DNA from: Candidatus Poribacteria bacterium
GTDB lineage: Bacteria; Poribacteria; WGA-4E; WGA-3G
Direction: 5' to 3'
NCBI GenBank assembly: GCA_965246985.1
Contig: OZ251998.1
Span: 4,191,381 to 4,255,380, forward strand
DNA length: 64,000 nt
Made by a program: the position numbers and the translations under genes
Notes under the pieces: model-generated
What the model was told of the DNA's origin: nothing
Database searches by the model: none
Seen by the model: the letters and a program-made list of their open reading frames with translations, nothing else
Shown here: positions 38,106 through 47,000 of the stretch, piece by piece
Layout of the letters: every line of letters starts with the position of its first letter
Position numbering within the stretch: the first letter of the stretch is position 1

Positions 38106-39350
38106 TCATGAAGATTAAAATATTAATTCGGTAATATTGTTATTCGTGTTATCCTATTGCCAAAGGAGGTATTCTCTGATGGCAAAACACCATAAGTTGG
38201 AGTTAACTGAAGGCGAAATACAAGCCCTCGTTGATCTTCGGGATAAAGGCGAACCGGCTTATCTTCGAGAGCGTGCGACAGCGTTGTTGAAAATCCATGA
38301 AGGCTTTTCTCCACATGAAGTCGCCCGCAGAGGTTTGTTGAAAAAACGCGACCCCGATACCGTTTATGCTTGGCTGCGTCGGTATCGCGAACACGGTATT
38401 AGCGGGTTGTCTAATAAACCTGGTCGAGGTCGCAAACCTGCTTTTTCACCTAAGTCGCCCGAAGAAGCCGGGTCGGAACTCTTAGTGGCAATCGGTCAGG
38501 ATCCGGGAAGCGTCAATGAGCATCAAACGCGCTGGACGCTCCGCAGTCTCGGTCAGGTCGTGCCGTGGCTTGAGGGTCTATCGCTCCCCGGCATTCATCA
38601 GATCTTCTCACGCTTGGGTCTCAGCTATAAGCGTGCCAGAGAATATCTGCGGAGTCCTGATACCGATTATGCTGAAAAACTTTCTCGCATCAAGCAAGCG
38701 TTAGAAGAAGCCCGTGAAAACCCAGAAACTTGCGTTGTCGTTTACCAAGACGAGTTTAGTTTCAATCTACAACCGAGAGTCGCAAAAGACTGGGCGGAGA
38801 CAGGGACGAAATGTCCTTTGGCACGCCAGAGTTATCTCCCAGAGGAGACCTGCTATGGCATCGGGGCGCTCAACCCACACACCGGAGATGTTGTTTATCA
38901 GCAAGTCAAAAGCTGCACGGTTGTCGCACTCCATACATTTTACACCCAGATTTGCCAACGCTACCCAAACGCTGAACGCATCTATTTGATCCAGGACAAT
39001 CGGGCGATCCACTTTCACGCGAATCTTATGGCAGCACTTCTGCCACAGACGACGAGGTTTGTTAGACCGACCCCACCGAATTGGAGCGAGAAACCGTCAA
39101 AGAAAATAGGCAAACTTGAGAAACTCCCTATTGAGATATTGCAGCTCCCAACGTATGCCTGTTGGACGAATCCGATTGAGAAGTTGTGGCGCTGGGCGCG
39201 TCAAGCTGTCATACATCTGCATCGTCTCAGCAATGACTGGACAGCCCTTCAGGAGAAAGTCAGCGACTTCATGGAACAGTTCAAAGGCGGGTCACAGGAG
39301 TTGCTACACTATGTCGGATTATTACCGAATTAATTATTTAATCTTCATCT
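38106..39350 (+). mobile_element. IS630-family insertion sequence #1 inserted into the loop of the MITE-A hairpin
   Basis: AT-rich terminal inverted repeats of about 30 bp ((T/A)(C/G)ATGAAGATTAAA(A)TA(T)TTAATTCGGTAAT at both ends). A single DDE transposase lies inside. Confidence 0.75.
38179..39333 (+). CDS. IS630-family transposase
   Basis: N-terminal HTH. DDE region with IYLIQDNRAIH and LQLPTYACWTNPIEKLW (the DD..E block with the P..P.E..W motif of IS630/Tc1). RBS AAGGAGG before the ATG at 38179. Confidence 0.8.
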   Translation: MAKHHKLELTEGEIQALVDLRDKGEPAYLRERATALLKIHEGFSPHEVARRGLLKKRDPDTVYAWLRRYREHGISGLSNKPGRGRKPAFSPKSPEEAGSELLVAIGQDPGSVNEHQTRWTLRSLGQVVPWLEGLSLPGIHQIFSRLGLSYKRAREYLRSPDTDYAEKLSRIKQALEEARENPETCVVVYQDEFSFNLQPRVAKDWAETGTKCPLARQSYLPEETCYGIGALNPHTGDVVYQQVKSCTVVALHTFYTQICQRYPNAERIYLIQDNRAIHFHANLMAALLPQTTRFVRPTPPNWSEKPSKKIGKLEKLPIEILQLPTYACWTNPIEKLWRWARQAVIHLHRLSNDWTALQEKVSDFMEQFKGGSQELLHYVGLLPN

Positions 39351-39436
39351 AACCCCGCCATTCCGTTGATGTCCAAGTAATTATGTGCTTTACTATAATA
39401 TACGTTTAGGCTCACAGATTTGTCTATTTGAGGTGT

Positions 39437-39955
39437 CTATGTTTCTGATGAAGTTTGTTGGTCTTCAAAAGCCTGAATCCACGTTTTGCCTTCCGGTGTA
39501 AGTTCGTAGTAGGTATGATTGCGGTGCTTGATCCATTTGCCTTTGACGATATTTTTACGATAATGGATAATGCGTCCTTCAACACGTTTCAAGCCGCCGA
39601 ATTCTCTCAATTTGCGGTGCCGTTGGTGCATCTCCTCAAGCGGGATTCTTAAGGCTTCAGCGACAACAATAGAGTAATCCATTCCGAATTCTTGATGGTG
39701 CTTCAGAATAAAATAATCAGTTTCATCAAGTTCAGCGAATTCAGGTGCAAGCGCGACTGGCTCCGCCGCAATCTCGGTCGTCCGAACCTCATCCCACGTT
39801 ACCGCCAATAACCGCTCCGGTCGTAAACCTTGCACTGCGCCACATGTAGCGTGATGGACAGCAATAGTGCCATCTTCCTTGAAATAGCCGGTAATCGGGT
39901 CATTCTCTTGAGGGTGGCAGCATTTGGCGATTTTATAGGTGAGTTCAGCCGTCAT
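39437..39955 (-). CDS. hypothetical protein, possible winged-helix regulator
   Basis: 172 aa with a Cys/His cluster (CCHP...HHATCG) and a basic C-terminal half. No confident family assignment. Confidence 0.4.
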   Translation of the reverse strand: MTAELTYKIAKCCHPQENDPITGYFKEDGTIAVHHATCGAVQGLRPERLLAVTWDEVRTTEIAAEPVALAPEFAELDETDYFILKHHQEFGMDYSIVVAEALRIPLEEMHQRHRKLREFGGLKRVEGRIIHYRKNIVKGKWIKHRNHTYYELTPEGKTWIQAFEDQQTSSET

Positions 39956-39975
39956 ATCTCTATCTCATTACATGA

Positions 39976-41256
39976 TCACTTTTGTAATTTTTCTAATGCC
40001 CGATACCCGATGTCGCTCCGTGCATGTGCCTTATCAAAGTGAATAGCAGAAACACCTTGATACGCCTGTTGAATCGCATCGTGTAATCCACCAGCGACAG
40101 CCGTGACCCCCAACACTCTACCGCCAGCCGTGACAACGTTTTCACCATCCCGCTTTGTGCCCGCATGAAAGACGGTAACGCCTTCAATTGCATCAGCATC
40201 TTCAAGTCCCGTGATAACCTCACCTGTTTCGTACGGGTTGGGATACCCACCAGAAGCCATAACGACACACGCTGCTGCCTCATCATGCCATTGCACGTCA
40301 GCATGCTGTTCAAGGGTTCCATCAATGCAGGCGATGAGCAGCGGGACCAAGTCGCTTTTGAGGCGCGGTAAAAGGACTTGTGCCTCTGGATCCCCAAAGC
40401 GGCAGTTGAATTCCACCACTTTCGGACCAGCATCTGTAATCATCAATCCAACATATAACACACCCCGGAAGAGTCTTCCGATATCCGCCATACCGTTGAC
40501 AGTAGGGTAAACGATGCGCTTCATCACATAGTCGTGCAATTCTGGCGTGATAACAGGTGCAGGCGAGTATGCCCCCATCCCACCGGTATTCTTGCCAGTA
40601 TCACCATCGTGTGACATTTTGTGGTCCTGTGAACTGACAAAAGGGAGACAGTAGGAGCCATCGGTAAGGACGGTAAAGGAGGCTTCTTCGCCGATTAATT
40701 CTTCTTCAATCACGACACTATCACCAGCGTCTCCGAATGCCCTATCCACCAGAATCGTTTTAACAGCCTGTATCGCCTCAGCGACGGTGCGTCCGGGGAT
40801 CACCCCTTTACCTGCGGCAAGTCCGTTTGCTTTGACAAAAACAGGGGCGTTGCGAGTTTTGATGTAGGTTATTGCGTCATCCGCGTCTTCAAACGTCTGG
40901 TGTTCGGCTGTCGGTATTTCATTTTTGAGCATCAGCTGCTTGGCGAAATCTTTGCTTGCTTCGAGACGTGCTGCGCGTTTATCCGGTCCAAAGATTTTCA
41001 GCCCACGCTCAATAAACACATCAACAATTCCTTCAGCTAACGGTGCTTCGGGACCAACAACGGTGAGTGCGATTTTTTCGGATTCCGCCCAGTCTGCCAA
41101 GTCGGAAAACTGATCCGGCATGGGAATAGTTTCTGCGATTTGTGCGATGCCGGGATTACCGGGGGTGCAATATATTTTTTCGACGAATTGGCTCTGGGCA
41201 AGCTTCCAGACGAGTGTGTGTTCGCGCCCGCCTTGCCCGATAACCAGAATTTTCAT
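39976..41256 (-). CDS. purD: phosphoribosylamine--glycine ligase
   Basis: MKILVIGQGGREHTLVWKL N-terminus and ATP-grasp motifs. Start at the ATG at 41256 with an AAAAAGGA RBS (the ORF is open to 41307). Confidence 0.9.
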   Translation of the reverse strand: MKILVIGQGGREHTLVWKLAQSQFVEKIYCTPGNPGIAQIAETIPMPDQFSDLADWAESEKIALTVVGPEAPLAEGIVDVFIERGLKIFGPDKRAARLEASKDFAKQLMLKNEIPTAEHQTFEDADDAITYIKTRNAPVFVKANGLAAGKGVIPGRTVAEAIQAVKTILVDRAFGDAGDSVVIEEELIGEEASFTVLTDGSYCLPFVSSQDHKMSHDGDTGKNTGGMGAYSPAPVITPELHDYVMKRIVYPTVNGMADIGRLFRGVLYVGLMITDAGPKVVEFNCRFGDPEAQVLLPRLKSDLVPLLIACIDGTLEQHADVQWHDEAAACVVMASGGYPNPYETGEVITGLEDADAIEGVTVFHAGTKRDGENVVTAGGRVLGVTAVAGGLHDAIQQAYQGVSAIHFDKAHARSDIGYRALEKLQK

Positions 41257-41400
41257 GCCACGTATCCTTTTTGATTGCATTGTATCATATAATGTTCGGA
41301 AAATCAAGAGTTTTAAGTTAGGTTCAAAAATAACTCCAGATGTGTTATACTTAATTCATCTATTTCAAATTGTTGGTCATGGAGAAACAATAAATCGGCA

Positions 41401-41739
41401 ATGCACAACATACAGCCTCGAGAAATAGAAGTTTACGAGACCCCAAACGGTCAAACACCGTTCATCGAATGGTTTGCATCCATTCAAGATACAAGAACAC
41501 AAACGAGAATTCGAGGACGACTTGATCGGCTTGAAAACGGAAATTACGGAGATTGCCAATCTGTTGGTAGCGGTGTCTTTGAGCTGCGCCTCCATTTTGG
41601 ACCAGGCTATCGCATCTACTTTGGTGAAATGGACAAAACGATCGTCCTTTTGCTCTATGGTGGGGATAAGTCAACGCAGACAGCGGACATCCAACTTGCA
41701 AGAACCTATTGGTTAGAATATAAGGAGGAACAGCAATGA
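41401..41739 (+). CDS. addiction-module killer protein (HigB/RelE-superfamily toxin, TIGR02683-like), copy 1
   Basis: 112 aa. GVFELRLHFGPGYRIYFGEMDKTIVLLLYGGDKSTQTADI matches the putative killer-protein family signature. Confidence 0.75.
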   Translation: MHNIQPREIEVYETPNGQTPFIEWFASIQDTRTQTRIRGRLDRLENGNYGDCQSVGSGVFELRLHFGPGYRIYFGEMDKTIVLLLYGGDKSTQTADIQLARTYWLEYKEEQQ

Positions 41740-42140
41740 GAAAGTACCGAAAATGGCGAGAGATCGTAATAGAGCAACTTGCTGCCAATTGGGATGAAGC
41801 ACTTGACTATATCCAATTCGCAATGGAAGGATACCAAGTTGACGGTGACACCGCTGTACTGCTGTTATCACTCGAAACGTTTATAGAATCGCAAGGTGGA
41901 GCTACCGAGGTTGCTAAGCGAACTACCATATCACCAGAAACCCTGTCGAAAATCCTTTCAAGTGAAGAAGCACCGCATCTTGATACCTTTGCAACTATTC
42001 TCAAGGCATTTGGGTGCCGATTTTCGATCGAACCCCTAAAAGCCGAGGGCTGTAGTGCAGATCGCGCGGGCGTGGATACTTCGGTTGCGCCGATAGAGGG
42101 CATCAAATCTGAAATGGTATTGTCCAGGGATAATAAATAA
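41736..42140 (+). CDS. addiction-module antidote protein (HigA-like HTH antitoxin, TIGR02684-like), copy 1
   Basis: 134 aa. VAKRTTISPETLSKILS...TFATILKAFGCRFSI HTH region. Its start overlaps the toxin stop (ATGA). Confidence 0.7.
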   Translation: MRKYRKWREIVIEQLAANWDEALDYIQFAMEGYQVDGDTAVLLLSLETFIESQGGATEVAKRTTISPETLSKILSSEEAPHLDTFATILKAFGCRFSIEPLKAEGCSADRAGVDTSVAPIEGIKSEMVLSRDNK

Positions 42141-42187
42141 GGAGGCTTTGGTCATCATACAAAGCCGCGGCCCGAAAGAAAGCATTC

Positions 42188-42526
42188 ATGCGCGACATAC
42201 AGCCACGAAAAATAGAAGCCTATCGGAGGCAAAATGGACATGTGCCTTTCACTGAATGGTTTGATTCAATTCGGGATAAAAGAGCACAGACTCGAATCGA
42301 GGCACGGCTTATTTTGGTTGAGCAGGGCAATTTTGGTGATTACCGCTCTGTCGGTAACGGTGTTTTTGAACTCCGTATCCATGTCGGGGCAGGCTATCGT
42401 GTCTATTTTAGTGAGGTAGATAACACAATTGTGCTTCTGCTCTGCGGTGGCGACAAGTCAACGCAGACGCGCGATATTGCACGTGCAAAAACCTACTGGC
42501 GCGAATACAAGGAGACACAACAATGA
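42188..42526 (+). CDS. addiction-module killer protein (HigB/RelE-superfamily toxin), copy 2
   Basis: 112 aa, paralog of 41401-41739 (GVFELRIHVGAGYRVYFSEVDNTIVLLLCGGDKSTQTRDI). Confidence 0.75.
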   Translation: MRDIQPRKIEAYRRQNGHVPFTEWFDSIRDKRAQTRIEARLILVEQGNFGDYRSVGNGVFELRIHVGAGYRVYFSEVDNTIVLLLCGGDKSTQTRDIARAKTYWREYKETQQ

Positions 42527-42930
42527 GAGAAATGAGAAACTGGCGAGAGTACTTAATCGAACGACTTGCCGCTGACCGAGAGGAAGCAATTGGATTTCTC
42601 CAAGCAGTCATGGAAGATTATCAAGTATTCAGGAATCCTGCCGCTGTGGTGAGTGCAGTCCAGGCAGTTATAGAATCGCAAGGCGGGATTGCCGAGGTTG
42701 CCAAACGCACCAGCACGGATCCGCAAACCCTTACGGAAGTGCTATCCAGCGAAGACGCGCCGCGGGTTGATACACTTACGACTATTCTTACTGCGCTGGG
42801 GTGTCGGCTTTCTATTGAACCTTTAGTGGAAGAGGCCCCTCAACCTGACGTTGAACCCGCTGCCGAACAAGAAGGCACACAATTGGACAACTTACAGAGG
42901 CACTTATCTGAGTCGCATTCATCTCAATAA
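42523..42930 (+). CDS. addiction-module antidote protein (HigA-like), copy 2
   Basis: 135 aa, paralog of 41736-42140. Overlapping ATGA junction. Confidence 0.7.
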   Translation: MREMRNWREYLIERLAADREEAIGFLQAVMEDYQVFRNPAAVVSAVQAVIESQGGIAEVAKRTSTDPQTLTEVLSSEDAPRVDTLTTILTALGCRLSIEPLVEEAPQPDVEPAAEQEGTQLDNLQRHLSESHSSQ

Positions 42931-42938
42931 GGAAGGTA

Positions 42939-44954
42939 TTGATAATGGCTGAACAACATCACGAACTCGCACACGTTTTTACTGAGGCTTCGCAGGGTGT
43001 TAACGACGCACGCGGCGGCACCCCTCGTGATCTCAACACACCTTATACTTTTCCGGGCTATACCAAAGCAGAATGGACCGAAAAAGCTGTGGCACTGCGT
43101 CAGCAGATCCGCGTCGCCAACGGCTTAGTCCCAACACATGAACCGACTCCGCTAAATGCCGAGATCTTCGGAAGAATCGAGCGGGAAGATTACAGCGTGG
43201 AAAAGGTCTATTTTGAACCGTTTCCGGGCTTCTTCACAACCGGAAATCTCTACCGCCCGCTTGGAAAATCCGGTCCGTTTCCGGGCATTGTGAGTCCACA
43301 TGGACATTGGGGGCGCGGTAGACTTGAAAATATTGAACGTGGTTCAATCCCGGGTCGCTGTATCAACTTCGCCAAGCAAGGTTATGTCATCTTTGCCTAC
43401 GACATGCTCGGTTATAACGATAGTGGTAAACAGATTGATCACCGCTATGGTGGCGCGCGCGAAGGTCTCTGGGGACTGAGCACGATGGGACTCCAACTTC
43501 AGAATAGCATTCGCTCCATTGATTTCTTAGAGAGTTTACCGGACGTGGATAAAGAACGTATCGGTTGCACAGGCGCGTCAGGGGGTGGAACACAAACCTT
43601 TATCTTGACAGCAGTTGACGAACGCATCAAAGTCTCGGCACCCGTCAATATGATCTCTGCGACGATGCAAGGCGGCTGCCTCTGTGAAAATGCCCCGAAC
43701 CTCCGCTTAGATGCCAGCAACATTGAAATCGGTGCTCTGATGGCACCGCGCCCACTTTTGATGGTATCTGCGACAGGCGACTGGACAGTGAAGACACCGA
43801 CCGTTGAATATCCCGCCATCCGAAGCATCTATGCCCACTTTGACGCAGAAGACAAGGTGCATCAGGTCCAGGTAGACGCTGAACATAACTACAATCAGGA
43901 GAGCCGCGAGGCGGTATATGCATGGTTTGCAAAATGGTTTTTGGGTGCAGAGGATGCTTCGGCGTTTAAAGAGGTTGCATTTCAGGTTGAGCCAGACGAT
44001 GCTTTGTTAGCCTTCTCGGAACGCGAGATGCCAGCACACGCGTTGAAACAGGAGGAGTTTCTACCGGCTTGGGTGAACCGTTCTCAGCAAGAACTTGAAA
44101 AACGGAAACCTACAAATGAAGCAGAACTCCAGACCTTCAGCGAAGAATTGGGCAGCGGGTTGCAATATGCGTTAGGATTACAGATTCCAAAAATCACAGA
44201 TGTGGTGCTTGTTGAGCCTGAAGGTGCGTTCCCAACAACCTATCAGACGAATTTATCTGCCAAACATCTCGTTATCGGGAGAAAGGGGATCGGCGATGCT
44301 ATTCCTGCTATCCTATTTAGCCCAGAACCGCAGGTCGGCCACGATCCGATAGCGCTTATCGTTCATCCAGAAGGCAAGGCGGCGTTAATCGATTCAGAGA
44401 CAGGTGAACCGTCTCCGCTCATCACGGACTTACTCGCTGCTGACCGGAAAGTGCTGCTCATAGATGTTTTTGACGTAGGGGAACATCAGAATTATGAGAG
44501 GCCGGAAGACACCTCCTTTTTCACCACCTACAACCGCACAGCCGCAGCACTACGCGTGCAAGATATTGTTACGGCACTGCGTTGCTTTACAGGTAGAGGT
44601 GATGTCTCGGAGGTGAATCTGATCGGGATAGGTGAGGCAGGCTTATGGGGTTTATTGGCGGCGGGATTCACAGATGTTAAGAATGTTGTTATAGATGCGG
44701 CAGCATTTGATAACAATAGCGATGATGCCTTTTTGAAGACCGTACCGATACCGAGTATCCGTCGAGTTGGAGATTTTCGGACAGCCGGTGCGCTCATCGC
44801 ACCCCGATCGTTGATTATCCACAACACCGGTGATGCGTTTGATACAGCATGGATTGCCGAGGTTTACGGAAATATCGGCGTAAGCCAGCAGTTGCTTGTA
44901 GAGAAAGATAGGATGCCTGATGCGGAGATAGTTGCGAGGGTAACGACAGCGTAA
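42939..44954 (+). CDS. alpha/beta hydrolase family protein (acetyl-xylan-esterase/dienelactone-hydrolase-like) with additional C-terminal domain
   Basis: GCTGASGGG nucleophile elbow. HGHWGRG oxyanion region. 671 aa. Confidence 0.6.
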   Translation: MIMAEQHHELAHVFTEASQGVNDARGGTPRDLNTPYTFPGYTKAEWTEKAVALRQQIRVANGLVPTHEPTPLNAEIFGRIEREDYSVEKVYFEPFPGFFTTGNLYRPLGKSGPFPGIVSPHGHWGRGRLENIERGSIPGRCINFAKQGYVIFAYDMLGYNDSGKQIDHRYGGAREGLWGLSTMGLQLQNSIRSIDFLESLPDVDKERIGCTGASGGGTQTFILTAVDERIKVSAPVNMISATMQGGCLCENAPNLRLDASNIEIGALMAPRPLLMVSATGDWTVKTPTVEYPAIRSIYAHFDAEDKVHQVQVDAEHNYNQESREAVYAWFAKWFLGAEDASAFKEVAFQVEPDDALLAFSEREMPAHALKQEEFLPAWVNRSQQELEKRKPTNEAELQTFSEELGSGLQYALGLQIPKITDVVLVEPEGAFPTTYQTNLSAKHLVIGRKGIGDAIPAILFSPEPQVGHDPIALIVHPEGKAALIDSETGEPSPLITDLLAADRKVLLIDVFDVGEHQNYERPEDTSFFTTYNRTAAALRVQDIVTALRCFTGRGDVSEVNLIGIGEAGLWGLLAAGFTDVKNVVIDAAAFDNNSDDAFLKTVPIPSIRRVGDFRTAGALIAPRSLIIHNTGDAFDTAWIAEVYGNIGVSQQLLVEKDRMPDAEIVARVTTA

Positions 44955-45024
44955 TTAGGCAAAAAATTGGGCGGACACTTCGGTCCGCCCTTACATTTGT
45001 AGTACGGTTGTAACCTATCCGTTG

Positions 45025-46434
45025 CTATGAAAGGTTGTATCCACGTTCGTTGTGTTGTGAGAGGTCAAGCCCCTGCCGCTCCTCATCCTCTTCAACGCGT
45101 AAGCCGACTGTAGCATCAACAATTTTGAGAATAATAAACGAAAGCACACCACTCCAAGCAATAGTAATGATAATGCTGAGCAGCTGCGCCAAGACCTGTT
45201 TACCTATTGTCATACCTTCAGCTAACCCATTACCACCTAAGCCCTTAGCGACAAAAACGCCGGTCAATAAGGCACCGACAATCCCACCAATACCGTGAAC
45301 ACCGAAAGCATCTAAGGAATCGTCATATCCGAGTTGCGATTTCAGGGTAGTCGCGCCCCAGAAACAGACAGCACCAGCGACGAGCCCGATAACGAGTGCG
45401 CCAATCGGTCCGACAGAACCAGAAGCAGGCGTAATAGCGACTAAGCCAGCAACAGCACCTGTTACAATGCCCAATGCACTCGGTTTACCGTGTTTTCCCC
45501 ACTCAATAAACATCCATGTAATAGCGGCGGTGGCAGTTGAAATCTGCGTGACAAGCATCGCCATACCAGCGGTACCATTAGCGGCAACAGCACTACCAGC
45601 ATTGAAACCGAACCAACCGACCCAGAGCATTGATGCACCGACGACAGTTAGTGTCAAACTATGCGGTGGCATTGCTGTTGTCTGGTAACCGAGTCGTTTG
45701 CCGACCAAGATGGCAGCAACCAGTGCCGCGATGCCTGCATTAATATGCACAACATTCCCACCTGCGAAATCAAGCGCACCGATAATATCACCAAAGAGTG
45801 AACCGTCACCAGACCATGCCATGTGGCAGATAGGCGCGTAAACAATCAACGACCAGATCACAGAGAATACCAGCATCGCCGAGAACTTCATTCGTTCTGC
45901 GAATGCGCCAGCGATCAATGCAGGTGTAATAATCGCAAATGTCATTTGGAAAACGACAAAAACGGTTTCGGGGATAGTTCCGCTTAAACTCTCCACCTCA
46001 ACCCCACGCAGGAACATGGTGCCCAGACCACCGACAAAAGAAGTAAGCGTGATCTTCCCTGCCTCCATGCCAGCGGTGTTAAAGGCGAGACTATAGCCAC
46101 AGATAATCCATAAGATCGTAATCAACCCTGTCAATGCAAAACATTGCATCAGCACAGAGAGCACATTCTGGACGCGCACTAACCCGCCATAAAAGAGGGC
46201 AAGTCCAGGGATCGTCATAAAGAGAACGAGGGCAGTTGCAGTAAGCATCCAAGCGGTGTCGCCGGAATCAGGTGTTGTTGCGTCTTGTGCCATCGCCAAA
46301 CTCGGCACACCACATACCAACAAAATAACAATTAGCGTTCCAATTCGCGTGTAAGCAGATCGCTTTTTTGGCACAGCTTGTGAGCCAAAACTTGCTGTGA
46401 AAAGCGCAAATAGTGATGCACATCGTTGTTGCAT
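45025..46434 (-). CDS. amt: ammonium transporter (Amt family)
   Basis: ALDFAGGNVVHINAG Amt signature and 11 TM helices. ATG at 46434 with a GGAGGA RBS (the ORF is open to TTG at 46458). N-terminal signal-like segment. Confidence 0.9.
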   Translation of the reverse strand: MQQRCASLFALFTASFGSQAVPKKRSAYTRIGTLIVILLVCGVPSLAMAQDATTPDSGDTAWMLTATALVLFMTIPGLALFYGGLVRVQNVLSVLMQCFALTGLITILWIICGYSLAFNTAGMEAGKITLTSFVGGLGTMFLRGVEVESLSGTIPETVFVVFQMTFAIITPALIAGAFAERMKFSAMLVFSVIWSLIVYAPICHMAWSGDGSLFGDIIGALDFAGGNVVHINAGIAALVAAILVGKRLGYQTTAMPPHSLTLTVVGASMLWVGWFGFNAGSAVAANGTAGMAMLVTQISTATAAITWMFIEWGKHGKPSALGIVTGAVAGLVAITPASGSVGPIGALVIGLVAGAVCFWGATTLKSQLGYDDSLDAFGVHGIGGIVGALLTGVFVAKGLGGNGLAEGMTIGKQVLAQLLSIIITIAWSGVLSFIILKIVDATVGLRVEEDEERQGLDLSQHNERGYNLS

Positions 46435-46489
46435 CGGAATCCTCCATAATATTGACAAGCAGATGTTGCTTGTTTTGTTGTTTCTGTAA

Positions 46490-46509
46490 GGTAGACAGCT
46501 TTGTCTACC
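46490..46509. promoter_or_regulatory. perfect 8-bp-arm palindrome upstream of amt (45025-46434)
   Basis: GGTAGACA-GCTT-TGTCTACC, about 56 bp upstream of the amt start. Candidate regulator site or RNA hairpin. Confidence 0.3.
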
Positions 46510-46607
46510 GTTTCAATTAAGAATACACTTTTGCTGGTGAAGTTTTAACCTCGCCAACAAAAGTGGTGCGTCGGTCATATATCCAAATATTTTCGGTTTT
46601 ACTATCA

Positions 46608-46694
46608 GGACTTACGCAAAATTGGTTCGCGCACCGATAAACCGCTGGCGAGGTTTCAAACCTCGCCAGCAAATATGGGGAATTTGCGTAAGTC
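46608..46694. repeat. MITE-like element family D (GGACTTACGCAAA ... TTTGCGTAAGTC ends)
   Basis: 12-bp terminal inverted repeats. Internal GCTGGCGAGGTTTCAAACCTCGCCAGC hairpin. Other copies at 55548-55675 and partial at 63238-63300. Confidence 0.6.
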
Positions 46695-46704
46695 TTAACT
46701 ATAA

Positions 46705-46792
46705 TACCAAATTAACCCCATTTGTAGCGCGAGGTCCCTGTGCCTCGCAATGCTGACTTGATCAAAAGACTTCTAATCAAGTTAATTTGGTA
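46705..46792. repeat. M91 MITE, solo copy with perfect TA...TA flanks, lying 11 bp from the family-D element
   Basis: TA-CCAAATTAACCCC...GTTAATTTGG-TA. The right end gives TTTGGTATAAT. Confidence 0.85.
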
Positions 46793-47000
46793 TAATAAGG
46801 CGTTGATTCGCTATTTTAGCAGCATATCACAATGGTATCAAGTGATAATTTCGGTTCAAAAAGATCGTGAGATTCAAACAGCAAAAAAGGGAACGCCCAC
46901 AAGCGGTGAAGTAAAACTCAGGGATATAAGTGAAACTTCTTGTGGACGGTCCCTATTAGGTTTGTAGCCCGAAGGCTATCTGGATAATACGTTTAACGTA

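Noticed and set aside
46452-46457. TTGACA hexamer next to the amt start
   Set aside because: It overlaps the alternative TTG start on the wrong strand for a promoter driving amt. It is probably coincidental.
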